Source: a virus (lineage: Duplodnaviria; Caudoviricetes). Taken from it: a stretch of 64,000 nucleotides of DNA. Location of the stretch: the IMG/VR virus record IMGVR_UViG_3300043104_000334, one strand, 5' to 3'. Of this stretch, positions 49,101 to 57,037 are shown piece by piece. Under the pieces are notes generated by a model. It searched no databases. It saw only the letters and a program-made list of their open reading frames with translations, and was not told the DNA's origin. A program made the position numbers and the translations under genes. The first letter of the stretch is position 1, and each line of letters opens with the position of its first letter.

Positions 49101-51581
49101 CGTATACCCAGTAATTAAATTATATTTTACAGGATTGTAGTCAGCTAGTGATGTTAAAGTCTGTTTTGATGTACTATTTACATTTGCATTAGCAGCATAA
49201 ATCTGAACTCTCCAGCTAGCCTCGGATGAATAATGTACCAACTGTGCATCATCGTCATCTATACTTAGCGTGGCAGCATTTACAGACATCGGCGTAGTCA
49301 GCGCAGTCAACTTTGCAGACAGTGTCTCCAACACTGTAGCATTCGAAGACGTCTCTGTTGACGCTTTAGGTTTATCTTCTCCTGCTCTGATATAGTCAGT
49401 ACAGTTCCTTGTAGCATACTCAGACTTCTTATCAAATGTAAGATAATATCCTGAGTCAAGTGTTACTGTTGCAACCTTGTTATCATCATCACCGCTTATA
49501 GTGTATTTTGAGAAATATCCACCACCGAGTGCACTACTAGGAATCTCCAGATAAGTAACAGTGTTATCTTGCATTGTTGTGTCACCCTCAACATGCATGG
49601 TAACATAGAAGTTTCCTGTATACGTTTTTGGAACTGATACTTTATACCATTCTGTTCCATCAGTAAGAGTTATTGTTGAGACACTTACTGCTGAGCCATC
49701 GATCATCTCACTTATATCAGTGCTCTGCTTCGACATTACAACTGGAGTTCCAGTTGTGCCTAATGTTACCTCATTTGTTTTGCAGAGTAAATAATCATAT
49801 GTAGATGATGCCGCATGGTCATACGTTGAACTTGTTGCAAACTGACCATTTGAAATGCTCATATCATAAACAGGATAGTAATAATCTTCCTGCATAACAT
49901 CACTTAAGTTAAGGACAATATCAATTGTCTTATAATCCGTTCTTGAATCTTCATCGGCAATTCGCATAGCCATTGTAAGCAGCTGGTCACGCGTGATATA
50001 ACCTGTATAAGATATATCATAGAGGATTGATTCGTTACCCTCAGTGTATTCATTGAAATCAAGAATTCCACGAGCAGCAAGATAGGCCCATGCATCTGCA
50101 ATATCAGTACCGAGCTGAATAGGATAGTGAGTACCGTAAACCTGTAATAAAGCCTTGAGCTCACTATCATTCATGACAGGTTCACCATAAGCCTGCATCA
50201 TCCTCGTTGCAAGCTGGAAGAACTCTGAAAATGTAATAGGCTCTCTAGCTGATTCAGCATACTCACTAGGGATAAACCCTGCATTAATTGCTTTGCTCCA
50301 ATAGATATAGTCCATTGTAGCAGTGCCAGAATCTTCACCAGATTTTGCTATTGTCTTAGAAATGATATTAGACCGTGACATAAACATATAGAAGTCCCAG
50401 CCATTATATCCATCATCCCCAGCGACTGGATTTGATAATCCAGTAAATACAGGCGAAGACTCAGGAGTAATAGTTGTATCCTTGGACATAAAACTTTGAT
50501 ACGAAATTTGCTCCTGTCCAAGTGCACGATAAAGTACTGTTACAGCATCAATCCAACAAATATTATCCTCCGGAATAAGTTCCTGATAATAGGAAAGAAT
50601 ACTTGCAGTAGCAGATTCGCCATCAGTGGCGACATATGACTGATTGTTACCAGATAATCCAGTAGCAGTTGTATCAGCCTCAGCAACGTTTGTCTGTAAA
50701 ATCAATCCCTCTGCTCTAACAATAATATCATATCCAAGAATCTCTTGTGCACGTGTAGTACGTGAATTATTTGGATTGTTAAGTGTAGTAATGCCGGTGT
50801 CCCAATAGCCGGTATACACACTCGCAAATTTCCCTGTAACAGTGACAAAATCCTCAAGATAAGGAATATCTGATGATGCAGGCTTCCATAAGCAATTTGA
50901 ATACGTGTTATTTAATGAATATACATGTGCAACTTTATAGTTATGTTGCATATTCTCAATAACCTGAGTCATATCATCAAGCTGCTTAGATATAGTGGAT
51001 AAGCTAGTATCCATGTTTCCAGATATCTCGATAATAGATTCCATATTACCATTAACAGTCTGGAATTCAAGTTGCAGATTCTGTTTAAAGTTGCTGTTGA
51101 TAGAGGTAGCAGCATCCGATATCGCAGTAGTGATACTTGTAGCAGCATCCCCGACAGCTTCACTCACCTTGTCATCATCACTACTCAAAGTTGAATTTAT
51201 GGAATTAAGTGTTGACTGAATCCCACTCAAATCCGTATTTGTTGTTCCTATTGCATCTTTGATTGCAGTAGCGTTATTGTTGAGGTCCGCCATCGTAATG
51301 CTACCAGTGCCCATGATAGTACTGATAGCGTCCGTAGCGTCACACTCAAATGTATATGTACTGCCAAGAGAATTGTCATCATCCTCAGAAGCAGAAGCAG
51401 TTACATTGCCACTATTCCGCGCAAGATAGATAAGGTTATCCTTTATGATACCACATTTATCAACGATACCACTATCAGCAATTGCACCACATATTGTAGC
51501 AACCGGATTAACGTTAAGCGTAAAACTTAAAATGAAACAAGCTGTACCGGCAAGAATCCTTTTTCTTCTTTGTCTATTCAT
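46179..51581 (-). CDS. Giant (1800 aa) surface protein: signal peptide, coiled coil, degenerate SLH-like repeats, C-terminal TM pair
   Basis: ICWIDAVTVLYRAL, ITFSEFFQLATRM and ITRDQLLTMAMRI resemble SLH ITRAE motifs; C-terminal hydrophobic helices. Confidence 0.65.
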   Translation of the reverse strand: MNRQRRKRILAGTACFILSFTLNVNPVATICGAIADSGIVDKCGIIKDNLIYLARNSGNVTASASEDDDNSLGSTYTFECDATDAISTIMGTGSITMADLNNNATAIKDAIGTTNTDLSGIQSTLNSINSTLSSDDDKVSEAVGDAATSITTAISDAATSINSNFKQNLQLEFQTVNGNMESIIEISGNMDTSLSTISKQLDDMTQVIENMQHNYKVAHVYSLNNTYSNCLWKPASSDIPYLEDFVTVTGKFASVYTGYWDTGITTLNNPNNSRTTRAQEILGYDIIVRAEGLILQTNVAEADTTATGLSGNNQSYVATDGESATASILSYYQELIPEDNICWIDAVTVLYRALGQEQISYQSFMSKDTTITPESSPVFTGLSNPVAGDDGYNGWDFYMFMSRSNIISKTIAKSGEDSGTATMDYIYWSKAINAGFIPSEYAESAREPITFSEFFQLATRMMQAYGEPVMNDSELKALLQVYGTHYPIQLGTDIADAWAYLAARGILDFNEYTEGNESILYDISYTGYITRDQLLTMAMRIADEDSRTDYKTIDIVLNLSDVMQEDYYYPVYDMSISNGQFATSSTYDHAASSTYDYLLCKTNEVTLGTTGTPVVMSKQSTDISEMIDGSAVSVSTITLTDGTEWYKVSVPKTYTGNFYVTMHVEGDTTMQDNTVTYLEIPSSALGGGYFSKYTISGDDDNKVATVTLDSGYYLTFDKKSEYATRNCTDYIRAGEDKPKASTETSSNATVLETLSAKLTALTTPMSVNAATLSIDDDDAQLVHYSSEASWRVQIYAANANVNSTSKQTLTSLADYNPVKYNLITGYTSDSAFVTNSTVSIPSSADVKLLNRLSTIYEYGTRMKFNYIGDNNGTMVSFIQSSLMSNSLLTGFQAYFHADDSTSLNSKFWDTLREKSKSSFSSSTRRTSNVDAYTVEKTYNTFLTQFLLGMYPESYMADYTDNSNNQQVSVAFDSTNYSAAVSGDYKAFLKENLTKFYSSSDDTYISNLISQGIIGATYNGSAYTVYGTESALKAVSEDLGEIAADTSTDADTSESATSIETSVATTTIMDRNQQILISWSDMVASGYVVVTTSDGQPKLRDNGAYYFMTTEGQVIVNDTQHTIQIGNTLYDLMYDNGSAPTLVYIDSEQDNEMYFDYRCVMGIVRNSYTVNDTKTETFQSNLGVADCVIYDLDTSGVSSDWFNTVDVACYNYPEVSSITTSDAVSTSAACSLNMIKSTIYDGESLDGYTYWEDSSDISRLRLSTFVPTANYLCFIKDTEDGAVAQLYVYYLRTAFENGFVDKGSDTKQKVSAPEDADTRWSDLASKVEEASLSYTSSTVSLKQQLKNVYGYDADDESMPWYLKMTYDAIANLYSYTGKYYFSADYVIRRFDLTDQSISNCCGWNTTDETGNTNVALTSNDAGAIYWVDSIGYIYNLPSNSEFTLKKYLEGEYLLPLALDTSNSANPKIINYNLNYYGTAVKFKDNTRKTGKSLPYGVTLSDKSDSPYIRIDGTAYKGITTSDVAKLGDQYTDAETTTNILPFLQKFDTSLGVTTTYEDSSSVNYFIPAPTGIYNKFGGNSLETIEINDITQYVTDATKVYYGSTQVKLNSSTSDSTTKLFNFVSTKYNPIALDGATKAYRVYRSSAYDVLIIEPSGITVDYGSGVSEIEIDDYYTNPLEDWLDGLGTSDILTAIDTGASFLIIFAFKVLPMIGIILMTILIGLSFVGDIKIVQILCDKFIDPVRVLTFGGRNIANWNWRKVLLPCILLYLAFALFLNGNLIRIIMWGAEWYGTIMKWAKTL

Positions 51582-51582
51582 T

Positions 51583-51975
51583 TTAGGTCACCTTCCTCCT
51601 GATTTTCACTATAAACATATAGTCTACATTTATAGGTAAATCCTGTTTGAATATCTCAAATGTGTAGTATCTTCCAAGCCCTCTCACAGGATGTATTACT
51701 TCATCCAAGTAAGGTATATATTTGGATGATACGGACAGGGTTACCGAATCATGCTCACCACTTTCAAGCTGTTGCGCAGCTGTCCTAAGCAACTTTGTTA
51801 GGGATGCTTCCATTCGTAATTGCATACTCGATAATTTCTCCGCGGCATCAAGTTCAGCAACATCATCGTTATTAAACTTGTGTACCAAAAGCTTAAGCTG
51901 GTCTAACCAAGACAACTTGGCTAGCGTCGTATTTTCCGTAGCTTTAATATGCGAACTAACTATTTCACCGTCCAT
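51583..51975 (-). CDS. Hypothetical protein (start revised to MDGEIV)
   Basis: GAAAGGA RBS, co-oriented. Confidence 0.7.
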   Translation of the reverse strand: MDGEIVSSHIKATENTTLAKLSWLDQLKLLVHKFNNDDVAELDAAEKLSSMQLRMEASLTKLLRTAAQQLESGEHDSVTLSVSSKYIPYLDEVIHPVRGLGRYYTFEIFKQDLPINVDYMFIVKIRRKVT

Positions 51976-51988
51976 ACTTAAGTTCCTT

Positions 51989-52648
51989 TCAATTATAATC
52001 ACTAAGCAACGCATTACACGTTTTTACTGAGTCAGCATAGAGATTATCATAAAATGATTTATCTCTGATGACTAGCGGTAAGAGATAATCTTTCACCATC
52101 GTATCATCGTTAACACGTTCTGTTGCAACTTCAATTTCATGTGGCACAACATTTATCAACTCAGAAGCACCACTCACATTATCCGGATTAATCGTACTTA
52201 CATCTGGTAATGTATAAGAATAAGTACGCAAATCAGATAAGACAAGTAGTGTAACTTGTTCTGCGGTTGGTATAATCATTTTACCCTCGCTTGTAAATAA
52301 TGAGTAATGTCCATCCTGCAACGACTCAATTATCTTATTATATGCCACATTAAAAATATTATCTGTGATAAGATGCGTAAGGACCCCTTTACCCATGTCA
52401 GTATTAAGCATCTCACGATATTCATCAAGATACTCATCATAAGCTGGTTCACCCATGAGCTTCTCAGGAGTTCTTTCCACAAAGTGTAATTTGTCCTTTA
52501 ACTCTGGTTTTCGTAACCAAACCTCTTTAATCCATGGAGCGTCAGGCAATACTGCACCAAATAAGTATTCATCCTTATTCTCAATATTCAGGTCTCTATT
52601 TCTAGCAATTTCCTCTGCGACTGCTATGTGTAATCTCCAATTAGGCAT
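51989..52648 (-). CDS. Zinc-dependent phospholipase C / nuclease P1-fold protein
   Basis: MPNWRLH, YLFGAVLPD, LHF and GVLTHLITD metal-ligand pattern. Confidence 0.75.
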   Translation of the reverse strand: MPNWRLHIAVAEEIARNRDLNIENKDEYLFGAVLPDAPWIKEVWLRKPELKDKLHFVERTPEKLMGEPAYDEYLDEYREMLNTDMGKGVLTHLITDNIFNVAYNKIIESLQDGHYSLFTSEGKMIIPTAEQVTLLVLSDLRTYSYTLPDVSTINPDNVSGASELINVVPHEIEVATERVNDDTMVKDYLLPLVIRDKSFYDNLYADSVKTCNALLSDYN

Positions 52649-52750
52649 TATAGCCTCCTAACTGTCCAATCAACAAAGTACATACGTAAACATATCTTAT
52701 AAGATTGAACTATATTTTATTTACAGGATAGTATATTAACATATTAAGGA

Positions 52751-52963
52751 CTACTTATCAGACTTAAGAGCATTCCTTAATCTTTTTAAGAATGAACGTT
52801 CATACCTTTTCTTTACGCAATATATAGTATACAGTCCATCTTTATACATGGACTGATTATAAATGCATACGCCACATTTGTTACAACCAAAGTAACACAT
52901 GTCAGTAGAACAGTCTATTCTTTCATCAGATTTTATATAGGTACAACTTTCCTGTTTTATCAT
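52751..52963 (-). CDS. Small Cys-rich hypothetical protein
   Basis: 70 aa with 7 Cys, co-oriented, overlapping the end of the AAA gene. Confidence 0.4.
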   Translation of the reverse strand: MIKQESCTYIKSDERIDCSTDMCYFGCNKCGVCIYNQSMYKDGLYTIYCVKKRYERSFLKRLRNALKSDK

Positions 52964-53810
52964 CTATACCAACCTTTACACGTAAAGAGTCCATAAAGAA
53001 ATTATAAATGTCTGATTCGTTAATCTGTTCACTACCCTGTATGATTGCAATCTTCTCAGCGCGCTCAACCCAAGTTTCAATCTCGTAGTAAGATAAGGCT
53101 GTATACTCACGTGCATGATAAAGAAGAATCTCTTTTATATCTCCCTGCATATCATTGTTTAAGGTGAATGCTGGAAGCATAAACTTTCGTATTGTATCCT
53201 CAAGATTTTCAAGAGGCGGAATTTCAAATTTAAGTTTCACGTTAAAACGACGAATAAAAGCTGGGTCAAGTTCTGTATACAGGTTTGTAGCCGCAACAAA
53301 TATACACTCAGGATTCATCCTATCTAATAACTGAAATAGAGCATTGTTTGCTCTTCGTACGTTGGGGTCCTCTGGGACAGACTTATCAGACCTGTCCCTA
53401 GCAATAGCATCACACTCATCCAAAAAGATGATTGCTTTACCAATATGATTCCCTAACTTGAATATATCCTCTAAGGCCACAGCAGCGTTTCCAGTTGATA
53501 AAGCATTAGCAATATCAATAGCCAACAGTTCGTAATTAAAATTTGCTGCTAAGCACTTTGTAAGGAATGTCTTACCAGTACCGGACGCACCGTAGTTAAT
53601 CATCCGGTTTACTGGCTTAAGACCATAATGAATAAACTTATCTTTATACTCAGTCTCAACTAAGAAGTCATTCACTTTCTTTCTATTCTCATCTGACAGG
53701 ATTACAGAGTCCATTGTCAATCCTGATAAATCATCAGGTAGGCAATATCTGTTGTAAATATCTTGTAATTCATCTGATAATGAATTATACAATTCAATGT
53801 TCATGTACAC
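52926..53810 (-). CDS. Classic AAA-family ATPase
   Basis: Walker A GASGTGKT, Walker B IIFLDECD, second region of homology AATN..LDPAFIRRF. Confidence 0.9.
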   Translation of the reverse strand: MYMNIELYNSLSDELQDIYNRYCLPDDLSGLTMDSVILSDENRKKVNDFLVETEYKDKFIHYGLKPVNRMINYGASGTGKTFLTKCLAANFNYELLAIDIANALSTGNAAVALEDIFKLGNHIGKAIIFLDECDAIARDRSDKSVPEDPNVRRANNALFQLLDRMNPECIFVAATNLYTELDPAFIRRFNVKLKFEIPPLENLEDTIRKFMLPAFTLNNDMQGDIKEILLYHAREYTALSYYEIETWVERAEKIAIIQGSEQINESDIYNFFMDSLRVKVGIDDKTGKLYLYKI

Positions 53811-53856
53811 CTCACAATATGTAACATAGTATAAGTGTATAGAATAAAGAATTGTT

Positions 53857-54429
53857 TTACTCTTTACACTTTGTAATAATTTCCTGCACTTTCAAAATCG
53901 GAGCATGGTGCTCTCTTGCAATATCTTCGATGGTCCAATGTGCTCTACGTAAAGCTAAGATACCGTCGATATCCATGCCGGCGTAGGCTTCATCTTCTTT
54001 TACCGAAGTAGAAGCAGAAGTAGAAACATTATTTCTTTTCTGCAGCTGAACTGTGATGCTCCTCTTAAGACCACTCGGTTTACGATGCATTGTTCTTGCA
54101 ATATCGAGAACATCCATACCTGAATCATAGAGGTCGAGTAACATCTTTATCTCGGCATCATTAAGCGGCCCATTCTTCAACTCTCCCGGCGCCGTAATCT
54201 CATCTTCTACTTTCTTTACCGTAGTACGCTTAAGTACCTCAGTTCCTTGTTTTTCAAATAACTTAAGATACGCTGCTTCAATCTGTGCGTAACAGTCTGC
54301 ACAGAAATCCTTGGAAATCTTCTCCACTTTTTGACCACAGTTAACCCTCTGAGTGACAAGCTGTACAACATTGTTTCTATCACACTTCTTACCACATCTA
54401 TCACATGAATACGTAATATGTTTCATCAA
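53857..54429 (-). CDS. Zinc-ribbon plus tandem HTH putative DNA-binding protein
   Basis: CDRC...CADC; GMDVLDIARTMHRK and WTIEDIARE HTH-like segments. Confidence 0.6.
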   Translation of the reverse strand: MMKHITYSCDRCGKKCDRNNVVQLVTQRVNCGQKVEKISKDFCADCYAQIEAAYLKLFEKQGTEVLKRTTVKKVEDEITAPGELKNGPLNDAEIKMLLDLYDSGMDVLDIARTMHRKPSGLKRSITVQLQKRNNVSTSASTSVKEDEAYAGMDIDGILALRRAHWTIEDIAREHHAPILKVQEIITKCKE

Positions 54430-54475
54430 TACTCTCCTTTATAAACAGACCTAGATAATTCTAGATTCTATTCCA

Positions 54476-54501
54476 TGGGGAGACAAATTGACATCTCCCC
54501 A
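54476..54501 (-). terminator. Hairpin after 54513..55301
   Basis: TGGGGAGA / TCTCCCCA inverted repeat. Confidence 0.55.
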
Positions 54502-54512
54502 GCTACAGTTTA

Positions 54513-55301
54513 TTATTTCTTGATTTTGAATTTGATTGTTCTTGTATTACCAGCTTTATCAGTTACCTTTAATGTATAAGACCCAGCCTTTGTTACTTTC
54601 TTACCAGTCTTTATCGTCTTACCATTTAAGGTTGCTTTCTTGATACCACTCGTTTCATCAGAAAACTTAATTGTCACAGCCTTTGAATACGTTTTCCCAT
54701 TTTTAACCCCGGATACAGTTGGCTTTGTACTGTCAACCTTTACAGTAAATGTTTTCTTTGCATTCACTGTTTTAACGGTAACCTTATGACTTCCATCGGA
54801 CAATTTTACTGATACAGGTGTATCTGTATCTTTCACTTTTGCAGTCTTCCCATCAACCTTAACACTCTTGATTTCATCAACCGAATCAATGTGAATAGTC
54901 TTTGTTTTGAGCCATCTAGATTTACATAACTCCTGAACACAAATAGTGTCAGTTGATTCAACTGTGTAGACATTGAGTTCTCCAGAATTCGTATTACTAT
55001 CTGGATATGTATATGTCTCATGACCCGGTGTTAGCCATGGTGGTAATACTGGTGTATAGTCTGTTACCACACCTTCAGTTGGTTCAATGTAATCATACGG
55101 CGGATCCCACTCTTCATTACCCCAGTCATCATCATCTATTGCGGTTGACTCATCACAAGTTTCTTCATCCGCTGTTATAAGCTCAGTCGACTTCGTATCC
55201 TCTATGACACAGATATTATTTACTGTAGGACTACACTCTGTTCCATAACCCGGCAAGCATAATGCTGCAATGAGTATGGCTATTGAATTATACACTCTCA
55301 T
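54513..55301 (-). CDS. Secreted protein with C-terminal Ig-like domains
   Basis: Signal-like N-terminus, acidic linker, DSTKPTVSGVKNGKTY...SGIK...YTLKVTDKAGN. Confidence 0.75.
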   Translation of the reverse strand: MRVYNSIAILIAALCLPGYGTECSPTVNNICVIEDTKSTELITADEETCDESTAIDDDDWGNEEWDPPYDYIEPTEGVVTDYTPVLPPWLTPGHETYTYPDSNTNSGELNVYTVESTDTICVQELCKSRWLKTKTIHIDSVDEIKSVKVDGKTAKVKDTDTPVSVKLSDGSHKVTVKTVNAKKTFTVKVDSTKPTVSGVKNGKTYSKAVTIKFSDETSGIKKATLNGKTIKTGKKVTKAGSYTLKVTDKAGNTRTIKFKIKK

Positions 55302-55328
55302 TACATTAACCCCACTAACATTTGTATA

Positions 55329-55356
55329 CTCCCTAGTACGTAATTATACTAGGGAG
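55329..55356 (-). terminator. Hairpin after the 55365 gene
   Basis: CTCCCTAGTA-CGTAATTA-TACTAGGGAG. Confidence 0.65.
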
Positions 55357-55364
55357 CTTTGGTA

Positions 55365-56765
55365 CTATTTCTTCTTACTGGTCTTAGTCTTAGCCTTAGC
55401 TTTCTTGATAGTGAATTTCACTGTCTTGGTGTTGCCAGACTTGTCAGTGACCTTTAAGGTGTGAGAACCTTTCTTGGAAACGGTATAGCCAGACTGTGCT
55501 TTCTTGACACTGATTTTCTTACCATCAAGAGTTACAGATTTAATACCAGACTGCTTATCACTTACTTTGAACTTAACAGACTTGGTGTATGTCTTGTTGT
55601 TCTTGATACCGGATACAGTTGGCTTGGTCGTATCCTGTGCCTTTAACTGTACTGCAAAGGATACACCGAACTTTTTTGTGAGATACGGATTGGATGTTGT
55701 TCCCTCACCAAATACAAGACGAACCCAGAGTTCACCATCATCAGTAAACTTGTATGTGTACTTACCAGATTTGTTCTTGAGTTCTACACCGAAACATTTC
55801 GGGTCCCAAACAGCCTCAGTAGCACCCGGAACTGTTGGAGTCTCAGAATAACTATATTTAGTTGAGTCAATAATATTGACTTCTTGTACAAGGTCACCAA
55901 TGTTGTTTGTGAATGTTACAGTATTACCCTTGATTGAGTACGAGAATGCTTTACTGACTGGAAGAGCACCAATGGCAACTTCTGTTGTGTCAGGATTCTG
56001 GAATAACCATGAATCTGGCTCATAACCTAGCCAAACATAATATGTCCCTGCTGGCAGAATGACACAGGTTCTGTTTACGGCCTCAATCAAACCATTTGAC
56101 CCAACATTATCTGTTGTGTCTAATGCTGCCGTGCTTTGAATAAGATTATTATTCATAGATGTATCGTTAACATCATACACACCATACATCTGACAGCCAC
56201 GCTGGTTGAAGTTAGCTGTCACAATATATACAACGGAATCCTCTTTAATTGTAAAAGTTGCAGACTTGTAGTTTTCTTCGCTGAAGTGAGTTTTCCAAGT
56301 GTAACTGTCCTGCATGATAATTGGGAATTCACTCGGCACAAGTTCTGTTGCATGGTACTTGGAAGTATAACCATTACCTTCCCAACCTACTGACACAGAC
56401 ATCCCTTCGGTATCACCCGTAAGTAAATCTGATAAATCAACCAAATCTATCTTTTCACCAACTTTTAACCAATAGTACTCAGAGTACTCAGCGTAAATTG
56501 TACCGACTGGGTCGTTATAATCCACGATAATCCACTCATTACCGACTTCGTCCCACTCATACGTGAAGCCACCTTTTTCATATCTTCTGCCATCTTTTTC
56601 ATCTTCCCTGAACATGTCCAGTTCAGGATGATCGACATAACAATTGTGTAAAATCACAGGTTCCTCATGAGTTGTGAGTGCCAGTACACTGTCTTTGCTT
56701 GATGCCACTGTTAAGACAGTTACCATCATAAAAACTACCATCATAAATCTCTTTAAGTTACTCAT
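55365..56765 (-). CDS. Secreted protein with C-terminal Ig-like domain and Lys-rich tail (start revised to MSNLKRF)
   Basis: AAGGAGG RBS, signal peptide, DTTKPTVSGIKNNKTY...HTLKVTDKSGN. Confidence 0.8.
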   Translation of the reverse strand: MSNLKRFMMVVFMMVTVLTVASSKDSVLALTTHEEPVILHNCYVDHPELDMFREDEKDGRRYEKGGFTYEWDEVGNEWIIVDYNDPVGTIYAEYSEYYWLKVGEKIDLVDLSDLLTGDTEGMSVSVGWEGNGYTSKYHATELVPSEFPIIMQDSYTWKTHFSEENYKSATFTIKEDSVVYIVTANFNQRGCQMYGVYDVNDTSMNNNLIQSTAALDTTDNVGSNGLIEAVNRTCVILPAGTYYVWLGYEPDSWLFQNPDTTEVAIGALPVSKAFSYSIKGNTVTFTNNIGDLVQEVNIIDSTKYSYSETPTVPGATEAVWDPKCFGVELKNKSGKYTYKFTDDGELWVRLVFGEGTTSNPYLTKKFGVSFAVQLKAQDTTKPTVSGIKNNKTYTKSVKFKVSDKQSGIKSVTLDGKKISVKKAQSGYTVSKKGSHTLKVTDKSGNTKTVKFTIKKAKAKTKTSKKK

Positions 56766-56842
56766 AATTATATCCTCCTTTAGATATACTTTTTCTATCA
56801 TTTATATATGTGGAATGTAACTGACCACTTTCAGAAATTTGG

Positions 56843-56877
56843 ATTGATGATATCAGATAATTCTGAATATCATCAAT
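56843..56877 (-). terminator. Imperfect hairpin after the truncated gene fragment
   Basis: ATTGATGATAT-CAGA / TCTG-A-ATATCATCAAT. Confidence 0.45.
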
Positions 56878-56908
56878 GAAGAGGTTTGGCGACCTCTCCA
56901 TGTTGTAA

Positions 56909-57028
56909 TTACTTCTTGTTACGCTTTTTTGTGATTGTAAAACGCACAGTTTTTATGTTACCGGCGTAGTCAATAACATACAGGCTGTGCAAGCCAACTT
57001 CCGAAACAGTATATCCGGCATATACTTC
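56909..57028 (-). pseudogene. Orphan 3' fragment of a third Ig-like-domain surface protein gene
   Basis: Translates EVYAGYTVSEVGLHSLYVIDYAGNIKTVRFTITKKRNKK*, homologous to GYTVSKKGSHTLKVTDKSGNTKTVKFTIKK of 55365..56765; in-frame TAA immediately upstream at 57029-57031. Confidence 0.8.
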
Positions 57029-57037
57029 TTACAGAAA

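Larger units (their letters stand above)
1..57030 (-). mobile_element. Segment of a very large plasmid/ICE-like element with its own replication genes and a T4SS-like module
   Basis: About 57 kb of co-oriented minus-strand genes, mostly without recognisable chromosomal housekeeping homologs; DnaB/DnaC-like/RNase H cluster; VirB4-like ATPase; several peptidoglycan hydrolases. No capsid, terminase or portal recognised. The left boundary lies outside the window. Confidence 0.7.

Noticed and set aside
1-57030. Prophage or jumbo phage call
   Set aside because: Phage-like helicase, tail-lysozyme domains and LbH genes are present, but no capsid, portal, terminase or tail genes were recognised, and VirB4 plus multi-TM proteins favour a conjugative element. 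Not excluded outside the window.
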